IMG/VR virus record: IMGVR_UViG_3300025133_000019
Source of the DNA: a virus
Taxonomy: Duplodnaviria > Heunggongvirae > Uroviricota > Caudoviricetes
DNA length: 64,000 bases
Strand: one strand, 5' to 3'
The notes beneath the pieces are model-generated. The model did no database searches. It saw nothing but the letters and a program-made list of their open reading frames with translations, and was not told the origin of the DNA. Position numbers and translations under genes: made by a program. Of this stretch, positions 9,445 through 19,477 are shown in pieces. How positions within the stretch are numbered: the first letter of the stretch is position 1; every line of letters begins with the position of its first letter.

Positions 9445-9783
9445 ATGACAACTTTAGTTCAGATAAACACTACCCATACTGTCAGAGCCGTTTTTGAAGA
9501 CGGTTTTGGAGGCCCTGGAAGTATCACCAGTCCTAGCACAGAAGTTGTTAGCTTAGACGGAGCTACCAGAACAGTCATAAACGCAACAGTAACCCTTACT
9601 GAAAATAATACCGGAGAATACTCTCTTTCATTGTCAGTTTCCGATACCTTGTTTTCTATTAACAAAGATTACTTTATAGTGCTATCCGGAATTGAAGCGG
9701 GGCAAGGCTCAGTTAACGAGCTTATTTCATTTCAGTTTAGACCAGTAGATGTACCTATCACTTACTCCGTAGATTTTTCGTAA
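9445..9783 (+). CDS. Small Ig-like virion protein
   Basis: F.D..G...TGEY pattern shared with 9783 and the N terminus of 10175. Confidence 0.55.
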   Translation: MTTLVQINTTHTVRAVFEDGFGGPGSITSPSTEVVSLDGATRTVINATVTLTENNTGEYSLSLSVSDTLFSINKDYFIVLSGIEAGQGSVNELISFQFRPVDVPITYSVDFS

Positions 9784-10115
9784 TGAAAACTCTATTTGAT
9801 GTTAGTGATTTGAGTATTTCAACTGGCCCAGAAGACCTAGATATTACCATAAAAGATATAAATGGAACTCCTATTGCTGTAGACCAGATTTCGGCATCTC
9901 TATATAAAAAAGGAGATGTAGGAATGTTCAACTACAGTAATCTCATTTACGCCGATTTAGAGCCGGAGAGTGATAGTACAGGTCATTACTACGTAGAAAT
10001 TATAGTAGGAACTGATTTTATTTTTACCGGCGAATACAAGCTAACGTGGTCGGTAAAACGGGATTCCGAACATAACCTTACCGCTTATTCCTCTTTTTTT
10101 ACTGTTGTGGCTTAA
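9783..10115 (+). CDS. Small Ig-like virion protein
   Basis: DLDITIKDING...STGHYY...GEYKLTW matches the N domain of 10175 (DLKVTFRDEIG...STGLWY...GEYKIIW); TAATG coupling. Confidence 0.6.
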   Translation: MKTLFDVSDLSISTGPEDLDITIKDINGTPIAVDQISASLYKKGDVGMFNYSNLIYADLEPESDSTGHYYVEIIVGTDFIFTGEYKLTWSVKRDSEHNLTAYSSFFTVVA

Positions 10116-10174
10116 TAGCTTGTAATAGTTTATTTTTCGCTCTCTATGAAGCTTAGACTTTGTGAGGTTTTAAT

Positions 10175-11065
10175 ATGGCTAGAGCGTTTTATAGAGGGCA
10201 AACCCTAACAGAAAAAGATTTAAAAGTTACTTTTCGTGACGAAATAGGAGCGTTGTTTGATCCGTTTAGTGTTACTTACGGAATTGTGGATATAACACAA
10301 GGATTTGACATACTTGTTGACAATAATAACGCAAGAGTCCCAGATAGGATTTCAACTGGTCTTTGGTACGCTCCGTATTCGATTTATCCGGACGCTTCCA
10401 TTGGAGAGTATAAAATAATTTGGACTATACAAGAAATAGATGGTGGTGCTACAAAAACTTTTGATGATAAATTTCATGTAGTAGCAGATAGTACTAAGAC
10501 TAAATCTCAGTATCCTGATCAAGTTGCTTCCATGATAGAGAAACTGAGGATAAGACTAGGTGATAATGATCCTGATAGAAATTACAGGTTTGCTCCGCCA
10601 AGATCTGCTCAAGAGGTTAATAACTTTACCACTAATCATGGTTATATATGGCAAGACTACGAACTATTATCAGCCTTACAGGACAGTACAGATGATGTTA
10701 ATTGGTATCTTAGGGGCACAAACTACACGATAGGGTCAATCCCCTCCCCACTGAGGTCCATTGTTCTTAATGGAGCAGTGGTATTTGCTCTTCAGCATAT
10801 TACCATGATTTGGATTCAAGATGAATTTGGTTACTCTTTGAATGGTATTTCTTTGGATTTAAGTAAATCTGAGAAATATAGATCCATGTTAGATTCCTCT
10901 ATAGAATGGTTCAGAAATGAACTGGAAAACCTACAAACTAATAGGTCTCATCAAATAGCGGGACTAAGGCAAGCTAGGTTTAGTGTTGGATATGGCTATG
11001 GTAAGGGTCAGTACACTTTTAAAGGAGCTGGAGCTGGGTCCTGGCGACGTAGAAACAGAGCGTAA
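10175..11065 (+). CDS. Putative head-tail adaptor (neck) protein with N-terminal Ig-like domain
   Basis: Helical C-half (IEKLRIRLGD...WQDYELLSAL...YSLNGISLD) like connector proteins; lies between head and tail genes. Confidence 0.6.
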   Translation: MARAFYRGQTLTEKDLKVTFRDEIGALFDPFSVTYGIVDITQGFDILVDNNNARVPDRISTGLWYAPYSIYPDASIGEYKIIWTIQEIDGGATKTFDDKFHVVADSTKTKSQYPDQVASMIEKLRIRLGDNDPDRNYRFAPPRSAQEVNNFTTNHGYIWQDYELLSALQDSTDDVNWYLRGTNYTIGSIPSPLRSIVLNGAVVFALQHITMIWIQDEFGYSLNGISLDLSKSEKYRSMLDSSIEWFRNELENLQTNRSHQIAGLRQARFSVGYGYGKGQYTFKGAGAGSWRRRNRA

Positions 11066-12384
11066 TGGCAGATGAGATTGCACCTAATAGTATTACTGGA
11101 GCTGTTGATAATAACAGCTTAGATAATACAGATCCCCTTAATATTAAGGGGCTTCCTAGATATAATTACCCTTTTCCGGTATCCCCTAGAAACTTTAGGG
11201 TTTATTTTGCCTATGACACAGGAAGTTTTGATCTTTATTGGGATAGCCCGTTAATTGATCCGAAGAATTCCGTTCACGCTGTTCAAGGAGTTAATATATA
11301 TAGAAGTATTGATTCGTCTGAAGGCCCTTGGACATTAGTAAATCAGAGTCCCATACAAGTTAACTTTTTTAGGGATGAATCGAGGAATACGATAGTCACT
11401 GATGAAATAGTTACTTCTGGCAGATTAAGTTTAGCTGAGAATAAGGCATTTGCTAGAACAGAGAACAAGCCTCTAGTCGTTAGTAAAACTGATCAAACTT
11501 ACGTGTTTAATTCTAGTGATATAACAGCTAAGATTGACGGTAAAACAGTCGAAGTAAAGAATATAGAACCTCAAACTGGAGAAATAGAGTTTCACGTAGA
11601 TCCAGTGTGGGACCCAGTGTTCGAAAGGTTTATCAATTTTCCGGTTCCCACAGATCAAACAGAAATAAAGTTGACCTATACGTATAATGCCCTGTTTTTG
11701 CAAGAATACAATAATATAGACCAAAGAATTTTTTATAAGATAACTAGTGTTACCAGTGAAAAAGAGACTCCTCTTGATAACGCTCCGTTAGGATCGTACC
11801 AAGACCTGGACTCTATGTTTTATATTTGGAAAAACGCTATTTCTAAGCAGAAGTTTATGCTGGATCAGGGTGGAGAGGAAGTTAATTTCTTTATCCAAAA
11901 AAGTGCGGGAGACAGGTGTGATAATCACGATATAGTTGATCGTAATTTATATGATGACACAGTATATAGATCTTGCCCTGTTTGCTATGGAACAGGATTT
12001 ATAGGAGGATATTTAGGCCCATTCAAGTCTAGAATGGCCCCTTTCGATGCTAGTTCTACTTATAATCGAACAAACAAAGGATCTAAAAGGACCAAGACAC
12101 AATCCACCTGGATTATAAATAGTCCAGTTCTTAGACAAGGTGACGTTCTACTCCGACAAAACGGAGAGAGATATATTATAGGACCTGTCCAGCGTAAGGA
12201 GCCTAATGGGGTTCTGGTGCAACAGAATTTTGATGTCCATATACTTCAGCCCACGGATATTTTATATAAGGTAACTGTTCCTGGAGTTCCTAGTATTTAC
12301 CCTAAACCAGATAAGCCTAATATTCCTGATTATAAAGAGAGTAAAGGTAAGTCTCCGACTTTTGGAAATTGGGAACGCTCGTAA
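11065..12384 (+). CDS. Putative head-closure/neck protein with FN3-like region and Zn-binding CxxCxGTG
   Basis: LYWD..GVNIYRS FN3-like; RCDNH...CPVCYGTGFIGGY; C-terminal beta barrel (GDVLLRQNGERYIIG). Confidence 0.6.
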   Translation: MADEIAPNSITGAVDNNSLDNTDPLNIKGLPRYNYPFPVSPRNFRVYFAYDTGSFDLYWDSPLIDPKNSVHAVQGVNIYRSIDSSEGPWTLVNQSPIQVNFFRDESRNTIVTDEIVTSGRLSLAENKAFARTENKPLVVSKTDQTYVFNSSDITAKIDGKTVEVKNIEPQTGEIEFHVDPVWDPVFERFINFPVPTDQTEIKLTYTYNALFLQEYNNIDQRIFYKITSVTSEKETPLDNAPLGSYQDLDSMFYIWKNAISKQKFMLDQGGEEVNFFIQKSAGDRCDNHDIVDRNLYDDTVYRSCPVCYGTGFIGGYLGPFKSRMAPFDASSTYNRTNKGSKRTKTQSTWIINSPVLRQGDVLLRQNGERYIIGPVQRKEPNGVLVQQNFDVHILQPTDILYKVTVPGVPSIYPKPDKPNIPDYKESKGKSPTFGNWERS

Positions 12385-13484
12385 TGGATGTAATACCAGG
12401 AATAAAAGCTTTAAAGCAAGAGATTAAGGATAGACTTAGGGACGTTCTTGATAAAGCTCCTTATGTTACCAGAGAAGGCGTTAGAGTCCGTACCTTACAA
12501 GATATTGACGTTATTGACGAGTATACTACTAAGAATATAAGTAATAACACAATTTATATCTCAGTCAAAGGCTTTACGGATAATCCTGTTGGTATAGATA
12601 GTTATGGCGGAGTAAGACACTCCAACTATCTTTTAGCCAAGAAAGCTGGAGCTGATTTTAACGGAACTAGTGTTCAGTGGATTCACGAAGATCCTCGTAC
12701 TTATGATTTAGAGGCTAGTAAAGGGTATTATTTTATAAGCATAGCTACCCAGGATAACTCGGGAAATGGAAATTATCAATACATGAAAGTAATTGATAAA
12801 ACCTCTGTGCTAACCACTAGTTATACTGAGAACAATGATAATACTATAGAACTTCCTGAAGAGCCTATTGACCCTTCTACAGTAAAACTGTGGTTCGGTA
12901 GTTACCTTCTTATCAGAAAAGAGCATTTCGAAGTCAGTGGAACTACCGTGAGCTTTAAAAGGTCCTTTCCTAGCGATATGACAGTCAAAGCTGCTTGGAA
13001 AGTTCAAGAAGGCGAAATAGTTACTAAGTCTTATGAGTCTGGTAGAACTTCCGAGTTAGTACCTGGAATCACCTTGTATTTTAACGAAGAGGTTGTTCTA
13101 GGGGACGAGCAGGTTTTAATCTTATTACCAGAAACTAGGCCAGCTTTTCATGTATTTACTTCGAGAGGAAGATTTGATGTCAATTTAATTTTTTCCATGC
13201 CGGACAAGAAGAAAGAAACAGATCTTTTCGATTTCATGTTACCTAGGCTAAAAACTGAGATAGCTTCTATGTTTAATCGTAATAATTGGAGCATGAATGA
13301 TATTAACTGGTCGGACAATGATTTAGAAGAATGGACCGACGACGGGTATCTAAAAACCGCCAATTCAACCTTATCTTTTACTATAGACTTAGAGTGGGCT
13401 AGGTTTGTTCCTATGTCTAGAGAATACCACGGGTTTATTTTTGTAGGAAGCATCCAGGAAGTACTTGGATTTTATAAAGGGTAA
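12384..13484 (+). CDS. Putative tail-completion/terminator protein
   Basis: ATG at 12384 overlaps the upstream stop (TAATG); lies before the sheath; C-terminal alpha/beta pattern (STLSFTIDLEW). Confidence 0.5.
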   Translation: MDVIPGIKALKQEIKDRLRDVLDKAPYVTREGVRVRTLQDIDVIDEYTTKNISNNTIYISVKGFTDNPVGIDSYGGVRHSNYLLAKKAGADFNGTSVQWIHEDPRTYDLEASKGYYFISIATQDNSGNGNYQYMKVIDKTSVLTTSYTENNDNTIELPEEPIDPSTVKLWFGSYLLIRKEHFEVSGTTVSFKRSFPSDMTVKAAWKVQEGEIVTKSYESGRTSELVPGITLYFNEEVVLGDEQVLILLPETRPAFHVFTSRGRFDVNLIFSMPDKKKETDLFDFMLPRLKTEIASMFNRNNWSMNDINWSDNDLEEWTDDGYLKTANSTLSFTIDLEWARFVPMSREYHGFIFVGSIQEVLGFYKG

Positions 13485-13486
13485 TT

Positions 13487-13813
13487 ATGCCACTATATGA
13501 TTTTGTATGCGAAAACGGGCACACCACTGAGCATTTGTGTAAAGATTCTGGTGTTGAAATGATGTGTCCTGTTTGTAATAAGTCTTCGACCAGGAAACAA
13601 GTAAATAGAATTAGCACTGTATTTTCTGACTTCAATTCGGTTAAAAATAGCATTGATGTTAAAGTTGGGCGAGATTCTAATAAAAGGTGGGAGCATTACT
13701 ATACAAAGTTTAAGAAGAAAGAGGATTTAAAACTCAAGAACCCTGGAGTGAGTAACGATCAGATAGTGGCTACTCAAAACGGGGATTACACGATTGTTGA
13801 CAATAACAAATAA
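13487..13813 (+). CDS. FmdB-family zinc-ribbon protein (second copy)
   Basis: MPLYDFVCENGH...CPVC signature. Confidence 0.8.
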   Translation: MPLYDFVCENGHTTEHLCKDSGVEMMCPVCNKSSTRKQVNRISTVFSDFNSVKNSIDVKVGRDSNKRWEHYYTKFKKKEDLKLKNPGVSNDQIVATQNGDYTIVDNNK

Positions 13814-13901
13814 TTTATATTGAGTAATGGTTAATTTTTTATTTATTTTGTATTTCTTTAAAAGGAAATCATTATTATCAAGATTTTAAGAAGGTATTAC
13901 T

Positions 13902-16900
13902 ATGGCAGATAGAATTTCATTTTTGGATTACCAACCTCCTGGTGTTTATACGCAGACAATTTTGTCTAGCGAGAGTATAAATTTGTCAGCAGGGTTTAGG
14001 ATTCCTACGTTTATAGGAACGGCTGATGTTCTTATTGAGAACACCGATGTTCCGGTTGTTCGTGGTAGTTCTAAGAATTTTCCTGTTTTTGTTGAACGAG
14101 AAGATGTGTCTTCTCAGGCTAACGGATCAACCTCTATATTTAAAACAAAATTCGGACCAATTGTAGATCCATTAACATTTTTGGCGACGGAGAATATTGA
14201 AAATGTCGTTATATCAGTTAATGATAAGAGCACTAATCCTCTGTTAATTGAGCCAGAAAATGTGGATGGAGTAGGAGAAGTTCATCTCACTTTTACCCCT
14301 GATACCGGAGACGAAATTTACATCTCGTATTACTACATTATAGAGGATGTTGCAGTAATTGATGAAGATCTTTCATACCAAATTGAAAATGGATCTCAAA
14401 AGACATTCTATACTAAGCACAAGAAAGTGGTAGACTCTGAGGGAGATGTTACTAATGATGTGACTGATATAGCAGTAAAAGTTAATGGAGCTAGCTCTAT
14501 AGTTAGTACATTAAATGGTACTACAGGACAGTTTGTTTTACAGACCGCTCCTGGATTATCAGCAGTCTTGACCATATCTTATACATACAGTAATCATATA
14601 GACAAAAATGATCCTCTCCCAAATAAATACATTCACAGTATTTCCAGAGTTGGTAATGTTTCAGGAAGAAAAGATTATGTTAATGGTGTAGACTATAACT
14701 TCTCTTTTGAGAGAAGTATAAATGATACTACATTCCATGAAATTTCCTGGGGAAACTCATTTGCACTGACTTCTATGCAAAAAGAAGATCAAGATTTTCA
14801 GTATGACTGGATTCCTGGTGACCATTTGACTATAGATGTTCACGATAAGCTTATTTTTGCTGAGGTTGCTATTCCTGTTGATACCACTGAAGCTACCACT
14901 GCCGTATTTAAAGTCAAGAATCCTATTATGGACGGAACGGGAAAAGGGTCTTTTTTAAACGATCCTGAAGTCGATCCCGGAGTGTTTGATTTCTATGTTG
15001 GAAGTGACGTTGATACGGCTATAACCGCAGAAGATAAGAAGTGGACTACCGATTCCGATGCTTTACGGGTAGTAAGAGTTGAGGGAGACAAGGGCTACAT
15101 TCATTTAAACAAGGCTGTAGATCCGTCTTTAGACAATCTCTACATAATTTACAGAGCTAGTTTTACTACCTCAGATCAGTTTACTTTGTCCAAGACTCTG
15201 GCTGCTTCTGGCGGTAATTTAGGTCAGTATACCATGTTTAGTCCCAGCACAGGGTATGTATCCTCGGTTTCTGAGGGAACTCATACTGTTGCGGACGGTT
15301 CCTTTACGTCGGTCCTTGGAACTTCTGGAATGTACGCACCAAATTCTTGGTTAGCTACGTTACAAGGTCAAGGCAAAACTAGTACAGCGTCTTTCCCGTC
15401 ATATGCTGATATAATTGCCCCTCTTAATATGTCTCAAGACGAAGTAGTGACTGTGACAGTTATAGAGAAGCCAGCAGCGTCAGGGAAACTTAGATACACA
15501 GTTACTTCTGATGGCCTAATAGGATCTGATGTTAGTGTTAATACTTATTATGCAGATACATTTAGGGCCGGTACTTTAAGTAATGAGGGGTTCTTTGGGG
15601 AGGCGTTTGTAGATCCCGCTTCCGGCTTATACTTAAACTTATCCAATCCAGGAGACATTTTAGTCAAAGACGACATACTCAAGTTTAATGTGACTAAAAC
15701 AGGGGTTTTTGAGTTGCAGGACGCAGGAGCCGGAACTCCTGTTTATAACATGATGATCCCAGGAATTTCTATCCTAACTGATGAAGAGAACTCGGAATTG
15801 ACAGTGGGAGACGAGGTAATTCTTAATACTTATGATAATGCAGGTGCGGAGCCTAATGTTGGTGACACTTACTATGTTTCCTATAAATATTTTAGAACTG
15901 ATTTTAAACACAGGCTGTACTTGAGATTCAGCGAGGTTGTAAGAGATTTCGGAATCCCTAATATGAGTAACCCATTGTCAATGGCTGCTAAACTAGCTTT
16001 TGAAAACGGAGCACCTGTGGTGGGAGTTAAACCTCTCCCAAGATATCTTGATAGCACATTCCAGGATTTCTTGAAAACAGAGGATTTTATCTTGAATCCT
16101 GATAGTGCTACTGCTATTCAGCTTTTTAAAGATGCTTTCGATGATATAGAGGCACCTTTTGATTCTAATTCCGAGTCAAAGCCGTATGTTGTTGTCCCTT
16201 TGTCTGACGACTCTCAGGTATGGTCTTATGGTAAAGCTCACGTAGAAAAAATGAGTAGTACTGAACGTAGAATGAACCGTTACATGATAACAGGTTTTAA
16301 TACAAATAAGAAAGATTCTTTGGTTATTGAAAGAGCTAGAAATCTCAAGAGTAACAGGATGATGATTACTTATCCTGTAAGCGCTGTTATGGATCTAGAG
16401 ACTAGCGTAGGAGAGTTTACTTCAGCGGTAGTTCCTGGTTGGTTCTATGGTGCAGCTATTGCAGGTCTTATAGCTAATCCTGGGACATCTCCAAGTGAGC
16501 CATTGTTAAATAAAAATTTACAAGGATTTAAAGAAACAGGTATTTTTAAGAATCCTTTGGAATATAACCAAATAGCTAAGGAAGGGGTTACTATTTTAAC
16601 TACTAAGAACCCTGTTATTAATGTTAGAGATGCTTTGAATACAGACATGACTTCTGTAGCTACTAAAGAACCTAATGTAACTTTTATTGCTGACTTTGTA
16701 GAGGGTCAAACAGAAATAGTTATGAATAGGTTTGTAGGGCGACCTTTTATTAATACTATTCTTGGTGAAGTAGAGACAGTGTTTTCTGCTTTTCTACAGG
16801 AATTACAGAGGGCTGGTATAATATTTGACTATAAGAATATTGAAGTCAGAGAGAATGAGAATGACCGAACAATAGTTGAAATATCGGCTGGGTACAGACC

Positions 16901-16952
16901 TGTTTTAGGAGTTAAGTACGTATTCGTGACATACAGAATTCAAGGGTCTTAA
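13902..16952 (+). CDS. Tail sheath protein with large inserted domains
   Basis: N-terminal YQPPGVY; C-terminal sheath core (AAIAGL...EPLLNK...GVTIL...ADFV...YRPVLGVKYVFVTYRI); followed by the tube gene. Confidence 0.93.
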   Translation: MADRISFLDYQPPGVYTQTILSSESINLSAGFRIPTFIGTADVLIENTDVPVVRGSSKNFPVFVEREDVSSQANGSTSIFKTKFGPIVDPLTFLATENIENVVISVNDKSTNPLLIEPENVDGVGEVHLTFTPDTGDEIYISYYYIIEDVAVIDEDLSYQIENGSQKTFYTKHKKVVDSEGDVTNDVTDIAVKVNGASSIVSTLNGTTGQFVLQTAPGLSAVLTISYTYSNHIDKNDPLPNKYIHSISRVGNVSGRKDYVNGVDYNFSFERSINDTTFHEISWGNSFALTSMQKEDQDFQYDWIPGDHLTIDVHDKLIFAEVAIPVDTTEATTAVFKVKNPIMDGTGKGSFLNDPEVDPGVFDFYVGSDVDTAITAEDKKWTTDSDALRVVRVEGDKGYIHLNKAVDPSLDNLYIIYRASFTTSDQFTLSKTLAASGGNLGQYTMFSPSTGYVSSVSEGTHTVADGSFTSVLGTSGMYAPNSWLATLQGQGKTSTASFPSYADIIAPLNMSQDEVVTVTVIEKPAASGKLRYTVTSDGLIGSDVSVNTYYADTFRAGTLSNEGFFGEAFVDPASGLYLNLSNPGDILVKDDILKFNVTKTGVFELQDAGAGTPVYNMMIPGISILTDEENSELTVGDEVILNTYDNAGAEPNVGDTYYVSYKYFRTDFKHRLYLRFSEVVRDFGIPNMSNPLSMAAKLAFENGAPVVGVKPLPRYLDSTFQDFLKTEDFILNPDSATAIQLFKDAFDDIEAPFDSNSESKPYVVVPLSDDSQVWSYGKAHVEKMSSTERRMNRYMITGFNTNKKDSLVIERARNLKSNRMMITYPVSAVMDLETSVGEFTSAVVPGWFYGAAIAGLIANPGTSPSEPLLNKNLQGFKETGIFKNPLEYNQIAKEGVTILTTKNPVINVRDALNTDMTSVATKEPNVTFIADFVEGQTEIVMNRFVGRPFINTILGEVETVFSAFLQELQRAGIIFDYKNIEVRENENDRTIVEISAGYRPVLGVKYVFVTYRIQGS

Positions 16953-16968
16953 TCTAGGAGAATAAGAG

Positions 16969-17697
16969 ATGCAAACTGATAATTATATTTACAAACAAAC
17001 TTTTGCCCCAGAAGGTACGCATACCATTATTGCTGCAAAGCATAGGGTATTTGCTCCTCAAGTTGGGATGAGTGGATTGACTCTTATTGGAAATCTTAGC
17101 CAGTTTAATCTGAACGAGTCCAGAACAGTAGAGCCTGTACGAGGTATTGGTAAGGGTATGCAGATTGCAGAGCTAGTTCCTGGGGTAGTTGAGCCAATGG
17201 CTATAAGTTGTCAGTTTTTCGCTCTTTATCTAGCTAATACAATGCAAATTTTTGGTTATAATTCTGGAGTGGACGGATTTGTTAGGTCCTTGAAAGAGCA
17301 CCAATGGCCTTTTGACATCAAATCAGAGGTTGTAATGAGCCGTTTAACCAAGGATAGCCCTGCTGCTAGCGGGAATACTGGAGCATTAGGAACTGGTACT
17401 CAGAGAGCTACTACAGATGGAAACTATCTCAATTTAGCTGGATATGATGAGAGAGCTATAGTTACTATTTATGAAGCTTGCTGGATGGAATCTAATACTA
17501 TGGAGACTGATCAGGGCAATGCTATTGTGACTTCTGGAGTAGAGATCAAATCTACTGATGTGATAGATGGTAGGTATGCGGGTCAATTAGGAGCCAGCAC
17601 TGGTAATGAGCCTAACAGTAAAGGTGGGGGTTCTAATAGAACTAGTGTAGGTTATAACTTACTAGGAATAGCTGGACAGCTTACGGGATTATTCTAA
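16969..17697 (+). CDS. Tail tube protein
   Basis: Directly after the sheath, strong SD, terminator downstream; ESRTVEPVRGIG...ELVPG...WPFDI...TIYEACWM pattern. Confidence 0.85.
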   Translation: MQTDNYIYKQTFAPEGTHTIIAAKHRVFAPQVGMSGLTLIGNLSQFNLNESRTVEPVRGIGKGMQIAELVPGVVEPMAISCQFFALYLANTMQIFGYNSGVDGFVRSLKEHQWPFDIKSEVVMSRLTKDSPAASGNTGALGTGTQRATTDGNYLNLAGYDERAIVTIYEACWMESNTMETDQGNAIVTSGVEIKSTDVIDGRYAGQLGASTGNEPNSKGGGSNRTSVGYNLLGIAGQLTGLF

Positions 17698-17708
17698 GAA
17701 ACCATTTT

Positions 17709-17739
17709 AAAAAGGGTCGGAGTTTTCCGACCCTTTTTT
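17709..17739 (+). terminator. Rho-independent terminator after the tube gene
   Basis: Perfect stem AAAAAGGGTCGGA-GTTT-TCCGACCCTTTTT with T tract. Confidence 0.93.
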
Positions 17740-17797
17740 ATTTTCTTTTATTTATTTGTATTTCATGAAACTACATTAAATTAAGGGAAACTACAAA

Positions 17798-18472
17798 ATG
17801 GCACTACCTAAAGAATTAAATTTTTTAAAAACAGTTGAAAAGTATAAAGTTGAAGGGACAAAAGATATCTCTATAGGGGATGATATCTTTACACTACGGG
17901 CTCTTTCTGTCGATGAGACTCTGGAATGCGTAAAAAGGTCTTGGGAGGAAGTTCCAAATATAGGGGAGCAACCTGCTGTCTTTGCTTCTGCTTTGAAAAC
18001 AACTGTTTTAACTTATTGCATCACTAGAGTTAATGGGTCAGAGTGCCCCTCACCAAATACAATAGTCTATGATGATGATTCTGGAGAGGCCGTAGGATCA
18101 TTCTTTGACATTCTTAGAGATATAATTAAAGGGTGGGATGACGCTATATTTTCTTACGTTCTCAATGAATATGAGGAATTTAAAGATAAGCATACTAAAT
18201 CCATTGAAAAAAAGTATGGTATAAAAGTAAATAATGCCGATCTCTCTAAGATATTAGATTTCCAGGAAGACATAGAAAACATGGAGTCTTACGACAAGAG
18301 TTTAGCGGATAGTGTCAACACTCCAGTTTCTGAGAACGCATTTGACCCAGAGCCAGTTCCGGAGTATAGCAACCTAGAGAATAGAACTTATCAAGAGGAA
18401 CCTGAAGAGGTCGATAAAGTAGTAATACCAGAAAATCAGGGGGCAGTTGTAGCTAAACCGCCCAGGATTTAA
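17798..18472 (+). CDS. Putative tail assembly chaperone
   Basis: Between tube and tape measure; FTLRALSVDE...CITRVNG pattern; acidic disordered tail. Confidence 0.6.
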   Translation: MALPKELNFLKTVEKYKVEGTKDISIGDDIFTLRALSVDETLECVKRSWEEVPNIGEQPAVFASALKTTVLTYCITRVNGSECPSPNTIVYDDDSGEAVGSFFDILRDIIKGWDDAIFSYVLNEYEEFKDKHTKSIEKKYGIKVNNADLSKILDFQEDIENMESYDKSLADSVNTPVSENAFDPEPVPEYSNLENRTYQEEPEEVDKVVIPENQGAVVAKPPRI

Positions 18473-19477
18473 ATGCTAACTCAAGAGATATGTGTAAAAT
18501 TAGAGAACCTTATACTTTTTTCCGGTCTTTTTTATAGGGTAGAAGTAGATAGTGGTGTATCTATTCTATTTAAAACAGTATCTCAACAAGAGGAAAAAGC
18601 GTTAGAATTACAAACGGGCTTTTCTATTCTAAAAGTCTCGGAAGTGTCTTCTAATCAAGATATAACTTCTATTTTAGAATATGATAAGCTAAAGAGATAC
18701 GCAAGCCTTTATTTAGCTAGATCTGTAGTTTTTGTAAATGATCACAACCTTTTGTTGAATAGATCGAGTACTTTACCGGACCTCGAAGACTACTTTAAAA
18801 CTTTACCTTTAGAACTGTTATTTTATTTGTTTTCCGAAGCTGTTAAGAAAAGGGCAGAGGAGATGAATTTGGCTAAACATTTAGAGGACTTCCATAGACT
18901 TTATTATTCGAAAGTTTTATGGACTTTAGTTAAAAGGTGTGGATTTAACGCTTTTGCCGTAACAGGTATACCAGGATCTGACAATTTTTGCTTATCATAT
19001 ATTCAATTGTTATTTATGAATTATATGGAGCGACGTGAAGAGTTTGAGAGACAAAAGGAGATGTTCCAGCCGTTCCAATTTATATCTGGTTTATTTAGTA
19101 AAGACGCATCAAAAAAAGTAGAAGAGCATTTCCAAAGGCTAGAGCTTTCTAGGATTAAAAAAGAAAAGAGAGATGTTTTTGTACATGGGGTTACAACTAA
19201 GGAAGAGTTGGTGAGACAGTTGGACAGCATGATGAGTGGTCAAGAAGACGATGCTGATAAAGCTGTAAAAAGAGCTGAGCGCCATTCTTACGAATTGTGG
19301 AAAAGAGACTACCTAAGCACCCACAAAAAATTAGTCGATTCAGATATACCAGTTTTAGGCAAAAGGGAGCAAGAAATAACCGAAGAGTATTTGTTAAACG
19401 AATACTTGAAACACAGGAATTTTAAATTTAGTTCCTGGATGTTGGATGAAATAAAGAGGTTCGAAAACAATGGCTGA
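18473..19477 (+). CDS. Putative second tail assembly chaperone
   Basis: ILFKTVS...LARSVVFVND resembles the preceding gene; lies immediately before the tape measure. Confidence 0.55.
   Translation: MLTQEICVKLENLILFSGLFYRVEVDSGVSILFKTVSQQEEKALELQTGFSILKVSEVSSNQDITSILEYDKLKRYASLYLARSVVFVNDHNLLLNRSSTLPDLEDYFKTLPLELLFYLFSEAVKKRAEEMNLAKHLEDFHRLYYSKVLWTLVKRCGFNAFAVTGIPGSDNFCLSYIQLLFMNYMERREEFERQKEMFQPFQFISGLFSKDASKKVEEHFQRLELSRIKKEKRDVFVHGVTTKEELVRQLDSMMSGQEDDADKAVKRAERHSYELWKRDYLSTHKKLVDSDIPVLGKREQEITEEYLLNEYLKHRNFKFSSWMLDEIKRFENNG

Noticed and set aside
18206-18234. In-frame A_AAA_AAG slippery heptamer in the first tail chaperone
   Set aside because: The -1 frame stops after about six codons (GTA TGG TAT AAA AGT AAA TAA) and the downstream gene is in frame 0, so it cannot give a G-T type fusion
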